This document shows positions 39,701-53,400 of a DNA stretch of 64,000 nt, one piece after another. Numbering within the stretch: position 1 is the stretch's first letter; every line of letters begins with the position of its first letter. A program made the translations under genes and the position numbers. This DNA comes from Mytilus californianus (taxonomy: Eukaryota). The stretch covers positions 1,054,001 through 1,118,000 of the forward strand of contig NW_026262604.1 of NCBI RefSeq assembly GCF_021869535.1, in the 5' to 3' direction. The notes below the pieces were generated by a model. That model was given only the letters and a program-made list of their open reading frames with translations. It was not told where the DNA came from and searched no databases.

Positions 39701-41395
39701 GAAGCAAGAAAAATGGAGGAAGCTATTCAAAAGCAAGAGGAAGAAGAGAGAATGATAGAACAAGCCAAACAGGACAAAGAAGCAGAATGGAAAAGAAAGG
39801 AATCAGGATATGTGGAGAAAAGTGCAGTTTGGGAAAAGTGGCCTACATTTGAGTGAGTACATTTGATACATGTATTTGATATAATACTAATGACATTAAG
39901 TTGCTTGGGAAATGTTAGCCTTGGGTCATATGTAAAGGACACGAATGTTCAGGTAAGCAAGGATCATAACTCCAAAACGATAGATATCCGATTTGGATAT
40001 TTTTTTCATGTTCCATGGGGGACCTCGGTGGCCAAGTTGTGTAAGTACTAATAGTTCATTTTCCGTATCACTAGCATGTCAACACTGAGGTTGTGAGTTT
40101 GAAAGATGCACGTGGCAGGTGCACGGTGCGTTCGACTCTAATCTTAAATTACTAGGATTGCCAATTTCCCCGCCGAAGATTGGAGGTTCTCTGCGGTCAC
40201 TCCGGTTTCCTCCGCCAATAAAAACTTACCGCCACGATATAGCACACAAACAAACAATCAATCATGGTACACGACACTGTAAAAATTTAGCAAATGGTAC
40301 TATTATGATAGAAAATGAATGACGTATGACACATCTAGGCAGGCTAATTGCCTTACTAGAGATTACGAGCTTGATTTACCGTATCGACAAGTCAATTGTT
40401 TTTTTATGAAGATCTCTTGATGTCATTTAGGTAGTTTTTGTTTTTGTTTTGCCGAATACCCCACATCTCCTTTTATTCCTATTCTAAATATTTTAAAATA
40501 ATCAAATAAGGTGTAAAGACTTCTTTTAAAATTTATAAGAAGCCTATATAGTTTTTCAGAAGGAATAAAAATTAACAAATTCTTGTTCATGTTGATCAGG
40601 TCGCTCTTTATAAAAATCTTACGATTAAAATCAATTAGAGGTGAAACTGAAGTTTGTTTTTATGTGAAGTATATTTTGTGAAAAAAAAAATTGTTTCATA
40701 TAAGGCCACTTAAGATTAATTAATAGATTTTCATCCAAGCCCCTCTGAAATCGTCCGGCCCCGATTTCTTTTATTTTTGAAAATTTACGATTTCCGGATT
40801 TTGTTCATTTCCGTTATCGGTAACAGTCGATAGTTTAGTTTCATTCAAAACTTCCTTTTGCAAATTTCGGTTTTCGTATTTCTTTGAGTAATTTAACCTA
40901 AAATGATTAAGTCGAAATATTCTGCTGCTCTATGATGACAACAGTATCTTCTGAGAATAGAGATTGGTTACGGAAGAACATGAAATACTCGGGTTACGAG
41001 TAATAGGCGGTATCTAATGATTTGAAAACCGTGAATTTTTTTTATTTAAACAATGACTTTGTGCCAGGATTAACATTTTGTACGACAGACGCGCGTTTCG
41101 CCTACAAAAAGACTCATTTGTGACGCTCGAATCAAAAAGGTGAAACAGGCAAAATTAAATACGAAGTTGAAGAGCATTGAGGACCCCAAATTTCCAAAGG
41201 TTTTGTTAACCTACCTAAGGTAATCTATAAAAAAATGAGGGGATATCTTTATTTGCCAAAACGACAACTGTCATTCAAAAAGATCAAAAGGACAAGGGAA
41301 TAAAATGTACAAAAGTTTCTTCAACAAAATGCAAACCACTACCGGTCTAACTGTATAGTAAGCTTTGTTGACGAAATGTGAAACAGTTCACAACC

Positions 41396-41428
<33 letters not shown>

Positions 41429-44400
41429 GTTTATTGCCACTTTCAGCACGGTTTGCTACTTCGTTGCGTTCAGTATTTTTGTTGGGGGAGCCGGAGCTCC
41501 CGGGGAGAACCACCGACCTTCGGTAGGAAAACAGACAATCCTAGTCATTTAAGATTGGAGTCGAGCGCACCTGCCACTTGCGGGATTCGAACTCACAACC
41601 TCCGTGTGGACAGCTATTGCTACAGTAGTTCGACTACTTTTTCTCGATCTTGAAATTTTTTTATTCAAATATGTACAATAAAAAATCACCAGACAGTACC
41701 TGTTGTCAAAAACACACAGTTATATGAAGTCACCTAAAACAATATCAAAAGTAATTATACAAAAGTTTAAATATGTTAATTCTATTACATATCAACTAGA
41801 CTTAGTATAGTTTAGAATTAGTACAATATTTCTGCATGGTTATCTGTTACTTTAATAACAGGATTGTCTGATATAAAATATTTTTTAATGATAAATGTGT
41901 TTTTCTCAGATTTAAAAGATAAAAAAAGTGAGAGATATATTTTTCTAACAAAGTTTTAAAATAGTCTACTAAATTGAGTTTAGCTTGAGGATCCAACAAT
42001 ACGAAATTTCTTCTTTTATAAATACTCAATCTTGCTATACTCATATTAAAATTTGCTACTAAGACCACTCGGCCACCGAGGCCCCCAATTCGCATGAAAA
42101 AACCTTACGTTTGATTCATAGGCAATTATCGTCAATATGGAAAGAGAACAAGAAGAAATCAGTTTATTAATTTTTTTTTTTTTTGGCTGTTAAAACACAT
42201 GACTTTTGATTTTTGACTTTTGAAACATTATAACGACCAAACGGCCTGTATTAGAGGTATAAACAACCTTTGTTAATATATAACACTAATCTAATTTAAT
42301 TTCTATCGGAAAAGAATGCATCTATTGCTTAATATTTACTAATAAAAGTCAAGTCACGAAACCGAATTCTTTGACATTTATTAGGTTAATAAAAAATTTA
42401 TGGACCAAAAGATAAAAGTTTTATAAACATGAATTGAGGTAACCAATCTTCTCCACAAAGGATCGATTCTCCTTGATGTTGACTAAAAAGCAATGCGGAC
42501 TTCTCGTCCTTTACCTCATCATGGCAACGTTAAAGTACATTATATAAAAGGGAATTGCAAATCAATTATTCAATCTTTTTTAACCAAAGTCATAACAACA
42601 ATAGGCATGCAATGAATTAGTGTAGCTGTTTATTCTCGCAGAAAAAAGTTTTAATTTCTTTTAGATTGTTTTGATATTGTCACAATTGTAAATAATAAAA
42701 ACAATGCTTTCTTCGTGTCTGGAGGCTTTCTGAATAATTAAAAAAAAACCAAATCATTTGCATAGATTGATAATTTTGTTTTATTTCAAATCAGATATTT
42801 ACCACCATATTTATAATAAGACACATTTGTCAATGAAGTACTTTAGGCAGCTAACTTTTTAATTCATTTACAAATTGAAGTTATTTCAGAAGTATCATAA
42901 CATATGCTTATGAAAGAAATTAGATTAGCTTGTTTCATTTTAGTTAACTGGAGAAAATTTTGTTGGTTGAAAGTCCTATCTTAAAAATCAGCATAATTCA
43001 ACCGTTCTTTTGCTTTCATTATCTACAGATAAGAAATAAATGAGTTCGTATTTTCCTCTATTAATCAGTCACGCCTTTTATTTCGCGTCACGTAACATCA
43101 AGCTCGATAGAACATCAGACAATCCAGTACTGATAATGAGAAGTTGATTGACTGCTCCCTTTTAAACGTCCAGTGGCAAATGTTTTAAATTAAAGCAAAT
43201 TCGAGGTGAATGTCAATGAGATAGCAAGTTAAAGACACAAGATAGAGGTCAAGGTCGCCTTTGTGTAAAAAAGTTTCAAATAAGCTTAGCAGAGACTTCT
43301 GATGATATTCCACCAACATCGAATTCTCCTCCCCTAAAAAAACAACAACAAAAAAATCGAAGAAAAACCCAAACAAACAAAGACAAAAGTCAATTCAACA
43401 CTGACGATGTTCCTTACTTGTATTTCTCTATAATTAGGTAGATGCAGATGGTACATGCTAAATTTCCTTTTGATGTTTTATGTTCGCATTTTTATTGTTT
43501 TATAGAATTGTACTAGAAAATGGCGACGTTGGTTGTGTAGTCCGCGCCAGTCCTGGCCACTTCTCTCCTGATAATGTCCAGTTAGAACCGGTTAGTCAGC
43601 TGAATTGCAATTTGACCTATGGTCCACAAGAAGAGCTCGTCAGCAGTATACTGCGGTTGTCACCGACTACTGAAAATGACAAACTGGATGTAAGTGGCTT
43701 AATAATCATAATGATATTACATGTATGTTTCATACATATCAGTACTTTTGATTGGCTGACAAGAATCGAGAGGCATTCCAAATGAGATTATATTTCCCAA
43801 TAAACTTCTACATTCGCGACAGCTTGTGCTTCCCGTGACAACGTCACAATGCATAGAAAAACAAACGAAACATTTGTTATAACAGATTATTTGATGGTTT
43901 CATGGGGTGTACAAGCGTTGAGCGTGTGCACATTTTTAATAAATGTACTGTCAACGCTTTTACACCCCAATAAAATTACAAAATGAAACATTCAGTTATT
44001 AAGTAAGATGGTTTGAATGATGTTGTTTGTGTAGTACTTTTTTTTTAAATTATTTTTAAACACAGTTGCGAGACGAGATCTGTTTTACGATAGGTATATA
44101 CTGAATACAGTTAGCATATTTAGTATATACATATGTATTAAAATCTCGTCTCGCACCTGTGTTATTAAAGAGTAAAACGAGATGTAAAGTATATGCCAGC
44201 AAAACCACAACACAAAATAGAAGATATATTTACTTATTTATTAAAGAGGGAAAACAAATCTCGTCTCACACCTGTGATATTAAGAGTAAAACAAGAGTTA
44301 AGGTACAAGCCAGCAAAACCACAACACAAAACACACGATAAACTTACTTATTTATTATTTACCGTACACAAAGTTTTAGAGGAGAAATCTCGTCTCGAAC

Positions 44401-47400
44401 CTGTGTTATTAAGAATAAAACGAGATGTAAGGTACAAGCCAGCAAACGTGACAACAACACAAAATATATGATGTGTTTACTTATATATTAGTATTAGATA
44501 CACCTTGAGGGCGTAAGACAGCCCGAATGGGTGTATCTAATTTCCACCAATATATTATTGTCAATGCAGAATGATAGTTTTCAATAATTTAGGAGGGGGT
44601 CTTTCAGCGATTTGACCATATGTTATTGAAAAGCATGATAAATGCAGAGTATCCAATTTCAAAACATTTAACGAAATTTTTGTGTACATTACATAAAGGT
44701 TATAGAGGTAGCAACAAGTAATTTATTAAAAATAAGTAGTAAACAAATCTATGAATGAAAGTTCTGTTCAATTTTTTTTTAAATTAAGAAAGTTGCATGC
44801 AGTTGCATTTCGATTTTTTTCTCTCACAATTTCACTTAGTTTTTGATAGCTGCTTGACTGAATTCATCACCTCAAATGCGCTTTTTAATGACAGGTGCGT
44901 TTTAAATATGCGACAAAGGTGCAAGTAATATTTACTTAACGATTGAATCAAGACATGTTCGACAGCTTAAGCAAATAGTAGCGTGACATAAAATCTTGGT
45001 AATTTATATCTAAATAGTTAACTGTTGTATACTCCTCCTTTAGAGTCAAGTTCAAATTAATGTATACGCATAAACAATGGAGTTTTGTATTTTGTGATTT
45101 GACCGATTTTTGTAAGGTTAGATAAAAGGTTGTTTTTAATGTCAAGAATAAATATGATCGTTTTTTGTTAAATTCACACGGCACAGAGACTTTCATTTCA
45201 ATTATATATTGAAGAATTAAGGGCAAATTTGACTGCTAACCCTTTTCAAGGAATATGTAGAACCGTCCTTGTAGTCCCGCGCCTGGTTGTTAAAAAGAAG
45301 ATTTTACTAGGAAAATGAGATTATTATTCAACGATACAAAAAAAAAAGAAGGAAAAAGGTCAATCCTAGATTAAAATCTTCTGGTCAAAATACAGAAAAT
45401 TGTAAACACCACAATCATTTGTCCAGACCCTAATCCTCATATGATAACAACCATTGATGAGCTCGGACCCGTTTCTCGGTTTTTATCTAATTTTGTCAGT
45501 GTAAAAGTATTTTATTAAATAATTTGTAATGTATTGCTTCAAGAGTAAATAAATACGAAATATACAAGTAATTAAAAAAAAAAATGGGACTACGAAACAA
45601 GAGCAGTGCTGTTTTATTAATCTATCTTCCTAAGTTTAAAAATGAAATTACGAAACTATATTACATACTAACGAATATGTATACGGTAAAATATACAGTT
45701 AATGAATACAATAATCTTAATAAAGTTCATTTATTTTATTGGTTGTTATGCCTAAATATAGCACGCGAGAAATAAGGGTGTTTGGAAAAATGACTGTTAT
45801 TATAGAAAGTGACAACAATTCTTTGTTAGGGAGGAGTGAATAGAATTATTATATTGTGGATGTAAGGAGATTGCTACTCATAATAAAGTTTTGTGCAGCT
45901 TTGAATATAAATGTGTTTTGATCTACTATTAATCTATCGGAGCCAACAATGAAAAATATTTTTGGAAATTCTAATAGGAGTTCCTATGTGTCTTTTACGA
46001 GGACCCTTTATGCTTTGTTATATCGGTCAGTTGAAGAATACCAAAGCGTACAGTGAAAACGATGCACAAAAAAAAACTACATGTCGTCCTGCGAAAGAAC
46101 GCATGTCAATTAAACGGAGGACCTTGATGCGAGTGGTCGAAGTAGTTCATTTAAAGTGATTACTAGTTTTTACAACATTAAAGTCGTGAGTTCGAAACCC
46201 GCTCGTGGTGGTGTGTTCAACTTCGATCTTAATTGACTGGTATAACCGTTTTTCTGCTGAAAGTTGGTGGTTGTCTCTGGGTACTCCGGCTTCCAACCTA
46301 AACATAGCTCATGTACTGGATGTTCGGACCAATTTCTTCTAAACAAAATAATTAGATTGAAGGAAACATTAACATAATCTGTATTACGTAATGTACTTGT
46401 GCATCTATTAAATTTTTGATCAGGCAGAGTTCCTATACCAAAACATGGACTTTGCCCTTATATATTATTATTTCACCCCATCCGCAACACCTCCTAAAAC
46501 ACTGAATAGATTTCAATAAAACTTTGGCAACATTTTCATGACATAATGCCAGTGTGCAACTCCTATTATACTTTATGATCAGAATGATTTTTGGGGTTTC
46601 CCAAACCAAAATGTGGACTTTTTGTATCCGCAACTCCTCCTAAACACTATCTCACAATCTAAACCATATAATGATATTGTGCACCTCCATTTGTTATCTC
46701 AATGTTTTTTTTATGTTTGGCTTTTGAATTTGCAAGGGAAAGGGGTTTCTTTTGGTGAGCCTTGCTCACAGCGCTTCTAGTTATTCTACTCACTGAATTG
46801 ACTCAAGTCTTTGTTGTGTGTACAGTTTAACCTTGCTGACATTTCTTATTTTGGTGCTAGTTAATTGTGGATAGTAAGGGCAATTTGTACACGTTCATGA
46901 TTAAGTTTGTTGTTTGTGGTAGAAGCAGTTTACTGGAGATGTCTCTGTTGACAGTCCTGATTGAAAGTTGTTGTTTATGGTGTATTGTCATGCTGCGTTT
47001 ATTAGTAATCGCTTACTAATCTTTCTAAATGAATAGTTTTTGTTGTCTCCTGCTTTTGAAAAAAGTTTTTAAAAAACATATCAAAATTATCATTTTTATT
47101 CTAGGTCCCTGTTTACATATGTGTACCTTTCACTTTATCCCGAACAAGCGCACATTCGAGGGAACCATTCATTAAAGCAGAAATTAACGGAAGATGGAGT
47201 GACCTTGAGACCAGAGAAGTTACGTTTGACCATCATAAGGTAAAAGACAATGTTTAATTTTGTGTAAAACTATTGTTTAACTAGTTATACTAATATTTTA
47301 ATTATTTATTTAACACATTGTCAAACCTCTTTTTGATAGTAATCTCTAATCATATATTAAACTGTCAAGGGCATCTTTAACCAAGGTTTAATTACGGGAC

Positions 47401-50400
47401 CGCGTGGTACCTTGTCCGCCTCGAGTGCAGAACGTCGAGGGTTTGATCTTCGACGATGTTAAATAATGGTATTTGATGCTTCCCCGCCTAGCACGCGTCA
47501 TTAAGAAGTAACAGCAAGACAAAGAGCTCGGGCACAGAATAATGTGACATGTCTCGATCCCTACAGACCGCTACCCTGTGAACTAGCACGTTAAAATATC
47601 CAACCCACATGTCGGTCTATTACAAAACAGGATGCATATAAACGGGATGCATATTCATATCGTTTTAACATGTTCTCGTCAAGAATGTGTGTTTAATTTA
47701 TCAAAGGACATTATGAACAACCATGATCCATCATCATCATCATCATCTTACCATGGACGGTAATGTAAACTCACATGCACGCGCATTTGAGATATATGTT
47801 ATATAAAAAGGCAAACTTTTAAATTCTTGTCAAGGAGAGAGGCAGACGATACCAAAAGGATATTCAAACTCATTAGTCGAGTACATACTAATGTCATGGC
47901 AACAGAAGCTACCAAAAGATAAACAACAGTCTACAAAACACAACATAGAAAACTAAAGACAGAGTAACACGAACGGCATAAAAAAACCCGGATGTGATCG
48001 CATTTCTACATGTGCTTCGGAAGGGCTAGTAGATCCTGCTCCAAATGTGACACCCGTAGTATTGTTAAATAATCCAAAGGCATTTGAAAGCAAATGCATT
48101 TCCCAATATAACTTAAAAAATAATATGTATTCTCTTGTTTTTATTTTAAGGAAGCGAAATTTGCGCAAGCAGAGCTTAAAACCTTTGCGAAGTTTGCTGT
48201 AATGACAAGACTGAAGAGAGATTATATAACTTTTTCAAAAAGAACAGCTAAAATTGCGTCATCATATGATCAGCGTGTTACACTAACTGTACCCAAAGAA
48301 ACCTTTAAATCAAGGGAACACGTTCTCCTACAGGTACGTATGTATAGATACTAATGGCAAGGTTAGGGTAGGGGTTTTGTTAGTCTGTTCAGTTTTTTGC
48401 CCCACCGTAAATTGGGACCACCAGGGATTTTTTCGGGATTAAGTACCGAAAAATGCAAATAAAAACTTTAGAGTGGGCGTTTTTGGCATACTAATCTAGG
48501 TAGGAAAGGAAGCCTTAAACACAAATGTTTTTGTAATTTTCATTCTGACATAATTTGCATAAAATGAAGTTATATCAAAAGAGGTGGAACAGAAGGAAAT
48601 AGATCACCATAGTGTTTTAACAAATTGGTAAAATTCTAAGGATCATATACATGTATCAATCTTTAAAATCCCCCCAAAATGCACTCAATATAGGACTATT
48701 TATATACTTGTATTTCATATTAAAAACTTTTATTATCTATGTAGTTCATGTTTTGAAAACTTTTAAAACAACATTTGGCAATCTTAAAAGACCCAAATTA
48801 ACATTTGAATTTGTTTGTCATACACAATGATATACAAAATTCGACGTAATCTTCTTTTTCGTTTGTGGCTTCAAGTGATAGAGAAAAACATTTTTCCAGA
48901 TATAGTTATCATATGATAAAGGAGCCATACTAAGTCTTATTTTAAAAGGTTGTAGTTCGACAATGTAAACATGAAAAAATATATGGGCGACACATATTGC
49001 TGCAAATGAATGTTCTACTTGACCTTATAACGTTTTGTTGTTTAGCAAACTTTTTTTTTTATCTAAGAACATAATTTATGGTACATTCTTACAACTTCAA
49101 TATTACATATTTATAAAGTATTGTCATAGCTAAGTACGGAACATGCACTGTTTACTCTTCCGGTTAATGAAAGGGTTCTTGTCACTCAATTATGAATTCT
49201 TTTGTGAGGGTCTGGATGGGGTTTACAGAAAAGAAAATAATGGGCAAAGAGTGCAGCATGAAGGGCAAAACAGTAAATTATAGAGAAAAAAAGGAAAACA
49301 ATATAAAGAAAAGAGAATAATGGGCAAAATAAATAAAGACTAGAGAAAAATAGTCTAAAATATTTAGAAATGAAGGACCCCTATCCTGACCATAATGTGT
49401 CAGAACAAAGACACTGAAATCAAAATTGAAAAAGAACTGTTCCCTTTCCCTTAGAGTAATAATTGTCTGTTGATATGTAAAGACGCAGTAACCAAAATTT
49501 ATTTATCTATACTATGACAAAACTGTTTGAATTTTGTCATCCTTGATGTACCAGTTGAATGTTAATTTCTCTAAGAGTAATACATGTCTGTTGAAATGAA
49601 GAAACGCAGTAACCAAAAGTTATTTATCTATATTTGACAAAACTGTAGAATTATTTCATCTTTGGTGTACCATTTGACACCGTATATCATCGGTATTTAT
49701 ATTGTAAAGATAGATATGTTTTGCAATTTAATTGCAAGGAAAAGAATTTTATTTTTTAAGGTTCAGCCTGTTGATTCTACCACCATACATGAACTGCAAC
49801 AGAAGAAGCCAGAATGTAAACACATCCTCACGTCAAGTCCCATCATCAAAATAGCATGGGAAGGAGCCGACATAGTCAAACCAATAACTGTGAGTGTCTT
49901 AAATTTGTTTTATTTTTGTATTTTTGTATGATTTGATTCCCCTTGGGTAATACTCCAGATCAAAGTCAAAATTTACTGCCATTAAAAAAATAACGATTGA
50001 CACATATTCATCTGACGTCTCTCATGGATTTCCGTAGCCTAACTACACAAGAACAAACTATAAAAATCAATTGAAAAGGCATGACTTATTGGATTGCCAA
50101 GCCCGGTAGGCCAAATTATACGGATCATCTTAATGGGATTTACACTTTTGAGAAAGTTTTAAACAGTATATTGAACAATATTAATTAATAGATTATTAGC
50201 GGCGAATTTATAGATTCAATGCGTAAATGGAGACTATTTGAAAAATCCTGCAATAGTTGAATTCATGCATGAATTCGATGATGGTTATATAAGTTCTTAA
50301 CCGTCCTTTGTAAAATCATCAAAAAATAAGGTTAACTCATTATTGATACCAGACTTAAAATTTTGAACGCCAGACGCACGTTTTGTCTACAAACGACTCA

Positions 50401-53400
50401 TCAGTAACGCTCAAATCAAAAAGATTAAAAAGGCAAAATAAACTCGGTACTAAATTGAAGAACATTGAGAATATAAAATTCCAAAATTCTGTAATAAACA
50501 CTGTTATTTTCTATCAACTTCTTGTCATAATTTCTTATAAAATGACATCGTTCCAGTTATTTTTCCAATTTTATATTAAGAAAGTGGTTCACAGAAGTTT
50601 TTTTTATTTTTTAAGGTAACGATCCCATGCCCACCAAATCCAGCAAAGGCAAGAAAGATTGCCCAAATGAGAAAAATGAAAGAGGATAAGATGAAACAAG
50701 CTCGACCAGTCATCGTTACGTATGACGAAGAACAAGAGAAGAAGAGACTTCTAGAAGAAAAGAAGAAAAAGTACCAACAACAGCAAGAAGAAGCTATGAA
50801 TGAATTGGAAGAAAAGAAAGTTCAGACAAAGTGGTATATGGGAGATTATGCGCATACAGATGGTAGGTTTCACTAATCTTCGGTTTTATTGAATTTCTAT
50901 TGGCGTTTTCATATCTCATTTAAACGAACTTTTTTATAATACAAATTTTCATATGTGGAAAAATATCCCCGAATCAACATGTGCCTTTCAATGTCAAATG
51001 AAATTAATTTTTTAATTCGATCAATTATCAGTATTTCTCAGTTTTTATCGGAGTCCAGTCTGAATATATATTTGTTTGAGTCTAAAAATTCAGAAAAATT
51101 GTAGATGATTGTATAAACCGTTTCACTGTATTATTGTTGGGTCGTAAAAATAAAACATTTTTACATATTTCTAGTTCATAAAGTTGTTTAATATTAACCA
51201 TTATAAAACTACAATTGCAACTCTAACGGGCGGGTTTTACGTCAGACATTGTAGCTGTTATCTTGGAACCCTTTTAATTCATATTCTCACAAACGTTAAA
51301 AATTTGTGGCTTTCCAAACTATTTCAACATTTCAGCGAACCTGACAAAGGTCATTAAGAAACTTGTTTAAAAGTGTTTTTTTTCGGTTTCAAGCTTTTTG
51401 AAAGACTGTAAATGAATAGTATATATATAATGGAACTTAAAAGCAGAAAAAAATGAAAGATCCGTTTCCTTGTTTTTGAGGTATAATCAATTGAATATTT
51501 GGCGGGAAATGATTCTTTCTATATTTTTCTTACATTTAACATTGGCATCTTTTTTCCTTCAAAAACAATGAAAAAATAACAAAGATTTTATAAGATTTTC
51601 AAAAATGGCTTTTTAAATATATGTTATGAAATTATGAAAATCAAAGTAGGGGTTAGTGGGCATTTTTTAATGGCACTACCTTAATAACGTTAGAGGATTC
51701 CAATTATCTGACAAAAAGTCAAAAACAAGAGTAATGAACATCTGTAAGATATTCTTGATACAGGTACAAATGTATAGTACGTTTTTACATTTAATTTTGC
51801 CGTTTGTAGATGATGAGAACGATCTACTTTATCTTTTGACACAATCATCCAATGGTAAATGGACAGTTCTTGAGAACATACATATTCATCAGATAAAGCT
51901 AGATTTACTACAGTTTGATATGACAAAACCATTAGATAGGTAAGAACAATGTTCATAAATAGCTTAAATCCACGTCATTTAGACACTGGTGTGTTAGTTA
52001 TCTTATTAGGCGGGCAATCATACCACATCTCGATATTTAGTATAAAGTTTAAATTAAAGTATTGAACAATATATTTTGTATAAACAAGTAAATTACGACA
52101 ATACATGGTTAGTTTTACGATTCTGACTTATCAGATTTTTTTTTAGTGTCAAGCGCACAGTTTTCATTAGCATATGCTCTTTAAGTTATTGTTATATCTT
52201 TTGTACAAGGTTTTCAAGGTCTGCATTCTTCAGTTTGAGTTTGAGAACTATGACTCATATAAAGAAAGAAGCACATAACAAAACCAATCATGTCGTAAAT
52301 TAACCAATCCATATGTCTATGATCATCCTGACTACACTTGACCGATTTTACATCTTGCCGCATGTTTTTACCGTTTGTCCATTATGAAATTGTGCATGAC
52401 AGTAAATTCTCTATATAGATTTCTCTATTTGTCACACGTACATGTATGTAGTTCGTTCGCTATATAGCTGCCTTTAATACATAACTAGCATGGTTTAACA
52501 TAAATCTGGCCATTGCTTTTTGCATTTCGAATCGTTTTACCATTTGTCACGGCGAGCCATTTAAAGCTACCTATACGATTATAGGATTGACTCATTGCTG
52601 GAGGCAATCACTAGCCAGTCAACACTGAGGTTGTGAGTTCGAACCCCGGTCGTGCGGGTGCACTCGACTCCAATCTTAATTGACTAGGGTTGTCAGTTTT
52701 CCTATTGAAGGTCGGTGATTTTCTCCGGGCACTCCGGCTTCCTCCACCAGAAAAACTGGCCGCCACGAAATAGCCCAAAAGCGGTGCTTAAAAGTGGCGT
52801 TAAAACACCAAAAATCAAATCAAAATTAAATCATTGCTGGAGGCCATACCTGTTGTTGTTTACATCCTAGTCTTTTGGTCCCTGGTGGATAGTTGTCGGA
52901 TGAAAAATCATACCACATGTCATTTTGTTTTATATTTACAGTTTCATGGTACTTCGTACCCGTATGAACACACCAGACGATACAGTCGCTCTCATGGCCA
53001 ATGTAATATCAGAATTCTTATCACAGAGATTTGCACAGGTTCTTGTTAAACAAAGGTATGTTACAATTGACAATACAGTCAATCTGTTAAAAATAAAGAT
53101 CATGTGTGTCCAAGCTTCGCTAACAAGGATCTGAAAACGCTCCATTCTACTTTCCATTTTAATTAAATTCAGTACGTACTGTGCTAGGCTCTGGTACTTT
53201 CAGAACAATGTCGAGACTGATCGGGCTGCAAATTAAATTAACAGACTTTGATTTACTGCAAGAAAAATAATTAAACACGTGATCATATTATCATATTGAC
53301 TGTTGATCTGAAATTTAGAAATAGATTTACATTTTGTATGTTCTGGCGTTTCTGACATGTCGGTTAAATATTCAACAGAGCTTATGTTATGTCCTTGTTG

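Noticed and set aside
43558-43566. HFS tripeptide in exon 3 as an autoproteolysis site
   Set aside because: It lies near the start of ZU5-1, not at the C-terminal strand where PIDD/UNC5-type cleavage occurs.
51331-51362. Sense-strand hammerhead-like remnant AGCGAACCTGACAAAGGTCATTAAGAAAC
   Set aside because: The core box and stems are too degenerate to call a ribozyme.
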